From Basidiobolus meristosporus CBS 931.73 (lineage: Eukaryota > Fungi > Basidiobolomycota), in contig MCFE01000727.1 in assembly GCA_002104905.1 (NCBI GenBank), positions 1 to 41,797 on the forward strand: DNA of 41,797 nucleotides. Reading direction: 5' to 3'. Position 1 is the first letter of the stretch. The number at the start of each line of letters is the position of its first letter. Under the pieces are notes generated by a model. The model saw only the letters and a program-made list of their open reading frames with translations, was not told the DNA's origin and made no database searches. This document shows positions 32,468 through 41,797 of the stretch, piece by piece. A program made the position numbers and the translations under genes.

Positions 32468-33526
32468 ATGTCAGTAAAAATTTCCCCCAAGCTTGGGGAA
32501 TTTAGTAGTACTGTTGTTCCTTTAGGAGAGATTGCAGAGTTTCTGAATCTGAAACTCGCCAAAATCCCTGTAAATAGACCTTACACCTGGTCCATTTCTT
32601 GCTCCACCTTAGATAACATCATAAGTTTCCATGAACCGGGGGCTACTGGGCCAGAAGAGATTGGCCTGAAGCATACCAATACCATTGGAAACGAGGCGGA
32701 TTACCGATTATTGAATGGCTGTTGGATGTCGGTTGTTCAGCTGCGCCTCTTACTCGGGTGTTCGATCATTTCTAACTCACACCATTTGCTGTTAGGTTTG
32801 CCGACGCCTCGCTCATAACAGGCCAAAATCTACGTATGGAAGAGGACTGCATGTGTGTACCGAGGTATGGGCTGTCCCACAAAGCTGGAGGTGACTTTGT
32901 TATTCACACCCAATATCTTCAACTATCTCAAGAATCCCGGAGTATTTAGAATATAGAATGACCGTATTAGGGAAATCGGAATTACCGTATCAAATAATAC
33001 TCTCCTACTCGGGAGACTTGCCCAAAGAGCACTTGATCTTCCAAAGAGAAGATATCCGAAAGATCATTTTCACCAGTAAGCCCGGATTCTTTAGATTGAG
33101 CGAATTAACCCTGCTATGGAAAAACGTCGTGGTCATCGAAGCGCCGGAAATTAGTATTGGCAGCTTGGATTTAAATTGGGTATTCGATCACCTGCGAAAC
33201 AATTGGAACATCCAGGTAATGACTGGCAGCTGGTCACGCACTAGCAGCTCTTAATAAATGGTTGCCTCCTCTAGCATTTAGATATCAGCGCAGGTGGCCA
33301 GGTTATCTCCCAGCTGATAGTCCACAAGTTGCTGGATGAGATCAGAGTGAATTTTGCCGGGCATATTGCCAGCCTGAATAACACTATTGGGGTCCCACGT
33401 CCCAGATTGTTTCCCATCGAGTATCCTATGAACATGTCCAACAACCCGCACGTGAAATATCTAGGGGTTCGAATGATTGGGGAACAGTATCTCTTTTTGC
33501 GAGGCTCTATCAACTATAGACATTAG
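32468..33526 (+). CDS. RibD C-terminal/dihydrofolate reductase-like NADPH-dependent oxidoreductase, ~287 aa; exons 32468-32727, 32796-32864, 32933-33215, 33275-33526
   Basis: Contains RPYTWSISCSTLDNIIS, ADYRLLN..FADASLITGQNLRME, PYQIILSYSGDLP and LDISAGGQVISQLI..LLDEIRV, which follow the RibD_C fold motif order. The acceptor of intron 2 could alternatively be at 32956. Confidence 0.78.
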
Positions 33527-33720
33527 CACGATTTCGCTTGCGAATAATTCATATATGTTATCATTTCCGCTTTATTTTTGTTACATTTTGGAAGAGAAAC
33601 ACCTCTCTTGTGGGGCTACACATAATCTTCTGTAATGACAGTACATTCCCATCGTATGTATTCGATTGGCGACAGAGTGGTAATGGTGTGGTAATAAAAA
33701 CCGTCTGTGGAGTGCCCTGT

Positions 33721-34725
33721 TCACACACACCTATTTGCTTGGATGATACTCTGGCGTAGAGCCAATTCAAATCCATCCAAGAATGTGCCGACTTCATTGG
33801 TGAGCTTCGGCACACCGGGCTCCCAAGGGCCACCAGCTCTCTGCTTTGACTTCAGAAGGCTCTTGAACACCAGAAGATCAGCCAGGACGTTCGAGTACTG
33901 GCCGGGAGACCAAAATCCTTCAAACAGCTGGAACATTTTGTATCTTACGCGTAGTGACAGCCAAACTGGATCCACATTGGAGAGGATGTCCATCACTTTG
34001 TTCATTATAGCCTTGGCTAGAGGGTGGTGAGCAGCACAACCCAATGCAAATATCATGGTAAATATACAGTTCTCCACCACGTCTGGAAACTCCATGTAGG
34101 TCGCGAAAAGGTTGGTCAGGAAAGCAAAGAAGAATTCGGTGTGAGAGAGAAGGAATCCAGGAAATGCTGCCACAGTCTGGCAAAGCCACTCAAAGCGTTG
34201 CTTCCGATTTTCAATGCGGGTGAGTTCTGCCTGGCTGTTCGAGTGCTCCTTCTCCGAAACGATGTAACCGACCTGGTTGGGCTTAGATTCCGGTATAGTC
34301 GTAACCCTACTCTGCTCCATAGATACTAAGCGCATAAATCCAACACAGAATTGTTGTTGAACGCATTCTGGCAAAGTGTAATGTGCTCGGGCAGATAAGG
34401 AGATAAGAAGGCGCTGTACAAAGGAAACCACCTCACTTGGTGCGCCCTGGGGGAAAGCTTGTTGAAGCGAAAGGAACCAGGAATTTAGGTCTTCAGCCTT
34501 TAGAGAATCAATCCATGATTCCCAGGCAACGAGGGAGAGTATACTTAAACCAGGGGTAATTTGCAGTTGCTCTATCAGCGGGTGACTATAAGTTAGCACT
34601 AGGGAAGAAACATTACGCCAGTATTTGCAGACGAGTGAAGTAGAACATAAGTCGCCAATGGACAGATAAGGAAATATGTGGTAAGCCGTAAGCTCTATCG
34701 GCAGGCTTTCAATGATAGAGGACAT
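33721..34725 (-). CDS. F-box protein with helical C-terminal region, 334 aa, intronless
   Basis: N-terminal IESLPIELTAYHIFPYLSIGDLCSTSLVCKYWRNV is an F-box consensus. First ATG at 34725. Confidence 0.8.
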   Translation of the reverse strand: MSSIIESLPIELTAYHIFPYLSIGDLCSTSLVCKYWRNVSSLVLTYSHPLIEQLQITPGLSILSLVAWESWIDSLKAEDLNSWFLSLQQAFPQGAPSEVVSFVQRLLISLSARAHYTLPECVQQQFCVGFMRLVSMEQSRVTTIPESKPNQVGYIVSEKEHSNSQAELTRIENRKQRFEWLCQTVAAFPGFLLSHTEFFFAFLTNLFATYMEFPDVVENCIFTMIFALGCAAHHPLAKAIMNKVMDILSNVDPVWLSLRVRYKMFQLFEGFWSPGQYSNVLADLLVFKSLLKSKQRAGGPWEPGVPKLTNEVGTFLDGFELALRQSIIQANRCV

Positions 34726-34815
34726 CGCTACCCCTAAGAACAAATCGAGCTCAAGAAATGATAATTCAATCAACGAAATTTGGTAAACAGATTCCACCAA
34801 ATTGTCAGCTTTTTA

Positions 34816-36173
34816 TTATCCGCGGAAGCCCCCAGAAACCCCGTGTACGTTGGACAAAGAAACAGCATTGAATCCGAATGGTTTGCAAATGATTCCGAAA
34901 ATCTCTAGATAACCACCTAGAATATCCATCCCGGTGGCACCAGGTTGGCTTACATCCGGACATAGATAAGAGTAACAGTGGACAAGAACCCGTCTCAGGG
35001 CTACCTGCGATATCTGGATATCTGTTCTCATAGGATCCTTGTTGAAGTGATGGATATTCTACCGCGATGATATGATCTCAGATGGATAGTATGCTGTGTC
35101 ACGCGTATGAGAGCTAGTAACCAGGCTTAGATCCGATGATAATCTTCAGTACCAGGGTATCCGCCTAACAGTTTCCCACAACCCACTAGCCTGGTGCCCA
35201 CCACCTGCGCACAGCGTACTGATTGGACAGCTTTATAAACATTGGATGGTTATCCGAGACAGATGATTTCTTAGGTGACCCGAATCTGCATCAGTCTCCT
35301 CGTCAGCGAATAGGACGTCTCGCTGGGCGACCGCCTCAGATTGAGGGTTGGAGACTTTCAACATATCTGCGGTTCCAAAGAATGCTCACCTGACCCAGGA
35401 TAAATAGGAGAGTGTACAGTCACAATGCCATCGAATGACGATAACATCAGTCAAGTATGACAACAACCGGATTGTGGAGCTAGCTCATTCCCAGTTTCAG
35501 GTTAAGGAAAGGCAGCTAGCGCATACGATGGGCACTCTGCGTGGTCGAGTGTCGAATAGGATGAAGGCGAGTGCTGGGGCGATGCCGGCCACCACATCAT
35601 CGCCACCATGATCTTGATAGCTGGCCATTGATACCTTGGTCATCTCATCAGAGGATGGCAGCCGCTGCAGGGCCCATCCATCCCCGGTCCCGAAACATAA
35701 TTTCGACCATGGAATCCCGCGCTTTATCAAGTCAGTGATGAGAATATTCCCACCATCAAGGCTGCCCATTGCCTCAAGTTTTCCCAGCATAGGATCAGGT
35801 TTGCTTGTGAAAAGTATGTTTGCCTTTCTCAAGTCGGAAGTTGGCCGCTATGAAACCTATGCCATCAACTCATTCACTCTAAGTCATTGGCGCCTGGATT
35901 CCTATCTGTATTTTCAAACTCCCTCACAAATCTCACCGTTCTCGAGTGGTAATCATGTGCTAGACTGAATGGGCTATTGTGGTAACTTTCGCATGTCCGC
36001 TTCAACAAACAAAATACGGATCCTAGAGAGGCAATGCACTACCTATGACGCGTTGATGCTACGTAAGATCTCCTCCTGCTTATAGCATCCCTCACAAGTC
36101 CAAGGTATAGAGCCACTTCATTTACTCGTGTGAATCCCATTATTCCCTCCTGAGCACCAAGTACCCGTGCCAT
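34816..36173 (-). CDS. Possible multi-exon hypothetical gene (model incomplete)
   Basis: ATG at 36173; GT-AG introns at ~36042-35974 and ~35935-35848 join in frame to ORF 35832-35497. A last ORF ends at TAA 34816, overlapping an AATAAA. The middle exons are unresolved. Confidence 0.3.
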
Positions 36174-36380
36174 GTGATCCTAAGATAATATCCGACATTA
36201 GTAATAGCCAGTCATCGCTAATTATTATGCTGTGTAAAAGAATAGGTGGAGGATCAGTAGGCTTTTCACATTTGTCAGGGAGGGTTCCCACGATCCTCTG
36301 ATGCATGCATTTCCAACCAAGAATGGACGGCCGCTATAACTAGTCCTGGGCAATCGGTAACTTGTTTGTATTTTGGCATT

Positions 36381-38241
36381 ATGAAAAGCCCCTCTGTTAC
36401 TCGCGTAAAGCAAATCTCCAACCATATTATCAACGTAACTATTTGAATCTACCACTGCTTCGAATTCCTCTTTCATCTCTAACCTAGCTTTGTTCTCTAA
36501 ACCCCGCTCTCTCTCCAAGTCTGGGAATGCCATGAACGTCTCCACACAAGATGTTAGTATCCCATGGTAGACATAAGTTATCTGAATTCTTGGTTGGTGC
36601 TAACCCTTTTTCTGTATTAGAGTGAAGTTCTGTATGAAAAACTGGATGGCGGCCGTATTTTTCTACTTAATCGACCCAAAGTGCTAAACTCTTTAAACCT
36701 TCCAATCATACGCCACATATATTCTCAGCTTCAGGTATTTGTTATTTCCTCCTCCTTCATATCTACCTATTTAATAAGGGTTTGCCTCGGACAGGTTTGG
36801 GACCGCTCGGAAGAGTGTAAAATCATTATCATCAAGTCCAGTAGTCCTAAAGCATATTGTGCCGGTGGAGATGTCGTTGGTACGAGTCAACTTATACGGC
36901 CTCTTTATAGCACGCTAACATGAAACAATAATAGCGGTTGTTAATGGAGTTAAAACTGGTGATTCCAATTCTATCACTTTCTTCGAAGAGGAATACCGGC
37001 TTAATCACGCACTTGCGACCTTAAAAACACCCCTTGTAGCATTCATCAACGGGATAACAAGTAAGTGCATCTCCTTTATCGAGTTAAAGAAAGCTCTGCT
37101 GATAAGCTGGTTTTAGTGGGGGGAGGAGTTGGGCTGTCTGTTCATTCACCCTTCAGAGTCGCCACGGAAAGTACTATGTTTGCCATGCCTGAAACAAGAA
37201 TCGGCTTTCTGCCAGATGTCGGAGGTTCTTTCTTCCTCCCAAGACTGGACGGAGAAACCGGCACTTATCTTGCTTTAACCGGAGAGAGATTAAAGGGCGA
37301 GGATACTCTGTAAGAATCAGTGAACAACAACCACCAAACTCGGTGTGCTAAACACGGTCTTTGTAGCTATGCTGGCATTGCCACTCATTTTGTTCCGGCC
37401 GCGCGGTTAGAAGCTTTGGAAAAACGCCTGTGTCAACTAAACTCATCCGATTTGGAAGAAATCAACAAAACCATAGAGGGCTTTGTAGCCGAGTCTACTG
37501 GACACAAATATTCACTTGCTAAATACCGCGATACCATTGATAGGTACGTCAAAGTTGAGAAAGATTGGTGCAACGAGGGTTGCCACTAAGCAACATGAAT
37601 TTCGTAGGTGCTTTAAGTATAATACCATGGAAGAGATATTCGAAGCGCTGGAAAACGACGACTCTGAGTTTGCAAAGAAAACTCTGAAAACACTGGGCGA
37701 GATGTCACCCACTAGTCTCAAGGTTACATTGCAAGCTCTTCGTTCAGGTAGAAACATGGACATTGCCGCATGCCTTCGAATGGAGTATCGATTGGTTCAG
37801 TCCTTCCTGGTTTGTATACAATGGAATTGACCCTTGACGGTAATAGTTTTTCATTCTGCGTTGCATCCTTTTTAGAAAGAGCATGACTTCGCTGAAGGGG
37901 TGACCAAAGCATTAATAACCAAAACCCGAGATCCCAAATGGAGCCCTTCTACTATTTATGAAGTTGATGATCGACACATCCAAGAGAACTACTTTTTGGC
38001 CAACCATCCACACTCGCTGGTGCTTTCTAATCCCGCGTCTTTCCTGGAGTATCCATATCGGCATTTGGCCCTTCCCAGTGAGACGGAGTTAAAAGAGTTC
38101 CTAATCGCACGGCAGCCCTTCACTGCAGATCCAAAGGCTATAGTAGAAGAGTATTTATCCGGTCGTCCTGACAAACGCGGTATATTGGAGAAAATGCTGG
38201 GGTTAATTGAAACGAATAAGAAATCATCTGTTCAAGAATGA
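36381..38241 (+). CDS. EHD3: 3-hydroxyisobutyryl-CoA hydrolase (crotonase superfamily), mitochondrial, 9 exons
   Basis: Contains [71 protein letters not shown] and HDFAEGV..PKWSP. Presequence-like [15 protein letters not shown] at the start. Confidence 0.93.
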
Positions 38242-38809
38242 AGGCCCCGCATTTTCCTCTATTGGCATTAATCGCCATGCTGATGGATTGCTCCTATTGT
38301 GAATAAATGCATTGCTCCTTGAAAGCCCTTTTACAGCCATCCATTGATTGATCTGAGACATATCTAGCAATGCTCAACAGTCCATACACCACAAACCCAT
38401 TTGTACCAGATTTGGTAAGCGATTGTCCGCAAGAAAACCGGCAAAATCCGGTGTTGTTTGCCACAGTAGTGGTGATGATCATATTTCCTTGGTTCAAGCT
38501 GCATTCGTCTGAAATTCATCGAATTACTTAACGTAAAGCCGTAGGATCTCTTCGGTTCATCTCCGTTTAGGAGCCCCATTTGAGTGCTTTGTTCTCAGAC
38601 TGCAGTTTACACCGAGTACAGCGTGATATAGGCACCGAAATTATTTAGGGGCCTTTATTGTGGTGTGTTTCGGCCTAAGACCGGTTATGAGGAGCATGTA
38701 GTGACCCGCAATTTAAATCACTACACACATCTTGAACTTCTCTCAATTGGTATCCATAAGGAATTGGGGCTTTGTCAAGCTCGGTTTCGTCGATTAGATA
38801 TACACAATG

Positions 38810-39520
38810 TGGTTGCAGATATACCAGTGACCCAAAATGCCAACAAGCTGGCCAACTACTGCCAATAACCCCTCATTTACAAATGATCCCACAAAAAGGA
38901 TTGCCAATAAATCATTAGTATTCTCATGATTAGGAAATTAAGCTTCAAATGGCCCCTAATACATGACACATCATCTGCTCTAGCACCAATGTTCCTACTA
39001 CCCATCAAGCCCAGCAGGGCTGGAAAACTACATTACCTTGGACTACCAATATCCAGCATCAGTTTTCTGTACATGACCAACACCAGGCACCCTACGGTAT
39101 CATCCCAACCTCCCTTTGAGCTAGTTGTTCCAAATTGGAACCCATATTTTCCAGCCCATATTCTCAGCAAATCTCTAATCACCATCAAACCAAATATATA
39201 CCTCAGGACTTGTCAATGCATGAAGGGCTACTTGGTCTAGTGTGGGGCCTCAGGGTTATGGAAAAGATAGGATTCCAACCTTGACCAATTCCTCTTCATT
39301 GGGGGGCATCATCACTTTAACGGGAGGCCAGATTTCCATGGCCAGCGCCAGGTGCTCGCCCCAAATTGTCAATCATTCTACCTAAGCTTCCATTTGGATT
39401 CCACTTATTTGTCATCCTTAAAAGCGATAGTATTTACGATGGACATAGATGGAAGCGGCACGTTACACGGTGGTGTGGTTGTGATCAATTTGGCGAGTAG
39501 CCATCTGGCGATTTCTTCGG
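38810..39520 (-). mobile_element. Possible Ty3/gypsy pol relic (RNase H end / integrase HHCC region)
   Basis: The stop-riddled frame WKIWVPIWNN*LKGRLG*YRRVPGVGHVQKTDAGYW* resembles the integrase zinc-binding segment, and IARWLL lies ~120 codons upstream. Only one CpG in 38821-39300. Confidence 0.3.
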
Positions 39521-40429
39521 ATTCCATGACTAACTGATTTCAGCCTGATGGTTTCTTTGAGAAATCACCGAACATTCCTGCTGCAGGAACATCGTGGAAT
39601 TATTTTTCATTCTGATCCAGTGACTGATTGATTTGTTGATTTGTCGCACATTCGTCCACACGTCCCAGGTTGTTTTACTTATTCAGGTTTCCGTTCACTT
39701 GATGGATACAGAAGAATGCCTTGAGAGATACGTGATACATTTGAGCCGAGTATTGCTGTGTAGCCGCACCTGATAAGGCCACCCCTCTAGACCCCATTTA
39801 AAATAGATAAGCAGTATTCTAGACTAAGTTGGGAAGCCATTAAATTGAGCCGTGTTGATGTTGACTGCCTAGAGAACCAAGTTTCAGAGATCCAGTCTGC
39901 CTCCCATATTTGGTTAAATAATTATGTCAGCTCCACGTCGAGTGCGCTCGGAAATTGCAACTCGGGGAATTGAAGCGTGATTGCACAGCAATTTAACGAT
40001 CCATCATGGTGGTGGAGGGTCTATGTAATGCCTGCTGGGGGACGATGCGCTCAATACAGATGTGTCTACCAAATTACGCCAGCGAGAGCATCAATCCGAT
40101 GACAATTAACAATTCAAGACGAGGCGGATAATTGGCTTTGCAAGGCGCCAAGGCCGTTCCAATTGGCATGGTGATAGAGCTGTGTAGCTTTCCACTGCAT
40201 CCTTGTTCGGACAATCGGAATGCACCAACGTCCAACAAACAAATAAATAATTATCAAGCTTAATCTTGAAGGAAATAAATGGGAGATGGCTGCTTCCTAA
40301 TTTGGCCGGCCGACCCCATCATTTCGCATTCTGCTGGTGGGTAACAGCTGTAGGGCCTACGTTTGTATTACGTGCTACGGCTGGCTAAACTGGACTTGTA
40401 TCGAGCTCCAATCTATCGTTTTAAACATT

Positions 40430-41760
40430 GTCACGTTATGTGATCTTGGCATAGGCCGGAGAATTTTTCGAGCTGGTTAATTTTATCTGAGGTTCTCACA
40501 AGTGTATCACTTTCGCAGGTTGGTGGAGTCGCTGATATCTGAGTCAGCGCCTTATACTTGATGATGTGTTGCAACCCCAGCTTGGCTTTAGATCCATAGA
40601 CTGGATTTGGGTGATGACACCCATGACCCTGCCATCCGTTCATTGCGTGGATTGTTGAGCCACCAGCATCACACATGGCCTCCAGAATATGGATCATATT
40701 TCGGTTTATCTGAAACGGGTGATGCGTTGATAATCTGAATCTGAAGGGCAGCGGTTGCTACATGTGGATGGGGGTTGGCTGCTGGCATTTGTGCGTGAGT
40801 CGCACGCTGGATGAAGTCACACCACCCTCTGTCCAGCCAAACCCCAACTGCTCTTGCAGCCTCGCGCCCTCTGATGTCTGCTGGCACCAGTGCCTCAGAG
40901 AAACGTGATTGATGACCTCACGTCCTGGTGGGATAGGAAGAGACAGCTCGTTGGGTGGGGCTTGAGGCTCCTAACGGATACTGATAGTGATTCGGCCTCT
41001 TCGAGTCAGTGTAGTGACGACTTGGATTGTTTGTTGTCTGAACACGGGCTGTTTGCCATGTCTGGTTAATTGACACATCTGTGAAGAATGCCCTCAAGCT
41101 CCTGAGCTTTCATAGGGCTGTGGTCGTGATCCTCATTGCTATCATGTCTAAGGGTAGTTTGGCTATCGGCCAGGTTCCGCTCGCCGTTCCAAACATTCAG
41201 GGAGAGATCTCATTGCATGCATAGCAAATCTGCTGCTGCAATATAATTAAATCACAAAACCTGGTCTCAACCACCATAAACAATCCGTGAGCTGCTTCCC
41301 ATCTTTGCGATAGATATGAAACATGCTTACCTCCCACTTCCGCTGTGTTTCTTCTGGTCAGCGATAGTCGTAGGAGGTCATGTTTCAAGCGGCCCCAGCA
41401 GAAGATACAAGGCAAGCCATCTGCCCTTCTGCAGAGTGCACATCTGATGGCCAAGGCCAGCTCTCCGGAAAGCTTGTTTGAGGGTACCATAGTTCCCACT
41501 GCCGCCCATGCTGGCTGGTGCTGAGTCTGTGCTTTCCAATCGTGATGCGCTGCCACCGCAAGGGTGCTGAATCGTGTGATGGTGCGTCCAGAGCAGCGGC
41601 CTACTTCATGGTTCATCGTCTGTTGCCAAATTGGACAGGCCCACGGGTGATTCTCGAGGCTCTAACCATCTGCGTCTAAATCTAAATGGAATTCAATGTC
41701 TCCCAGTAACGCCGTTGGTGGTGTAGTATGGATGCGAGAGCCAATGGACTTGTGTGTGGG
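40430..41760 (-). mobile_element. Possible degenerate reverse-transcriptase relic (DIRS/gypsy-like)
   Basis: Weak ordered motifs in broken frames: MFHIYRKDGK, SLRAFFTDVSI, HYQYPLGASSP. There is no YxDD and the spacing is longer than canonical. Confidence 0.2.
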
Positions 41761-41797
41761 ATATTTCTTAAACTTAATTATGATGACAAATCCACAT

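Noticed and set aside
35080-35220. Possible TPP riboswitch or SECIS-like structures in intergenic or intronic DNA
   Set aside because: The CTGAGA / TGAT..TAAT..AGCG core is absent, there is no thiamine gene nearby, and no conserved gene has an in-frame TGA.
36225-36545. 106-aa minus-strand [18 protein letters not shown]..
   Set aside because: It has a GTG start and is antisense to EHD3 exons 1-2 and intron 1 (the ERERG stretch is the complement of a polypyrimidine tract).

Overview
Eukaryotic, intron-rich fungal DNA. It is probably from an early-diverging lineage (Zoopagomycota/Mucoromycota-like; this is inferred from RPS0/RPL23 sequences, 50-120 nt GT-AG introns and CpG-depleted repeats). 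There are three zones. (1) Bases 1 to ~7.5 kb are an almost CpG-free cluster of at least three decayed, nested or inverted CACTA/EnSpm-like transposon copies, with a 327-bp palindrome at one junction. (2) ~7.8-19.6 kb is accessory-type: two tandem paralogous 87-aa Cys-rich secreted peptides, an L-serine dehydratase, a DUF4246 2OG-Fe(II)-like protein, an LEA_2-like membrane protein and a 588-aa secreted Gly/His/Tyr repeat protein. (3) ~19.9-38.2 kb is a compact, mostly housekeeping block (RPS0, SMD2, ATP15, RPL23, APS3, RPN8, a THUMP methyltransferase, FYVE, RibD_C-like, F-box, EHD3/HIBCH), followed by probable retroelement debris. No tRNA, rRNA or CRISPR array was seen. All exon models were built by hand from splice signals and reading-frame continuity; no database searches were run.
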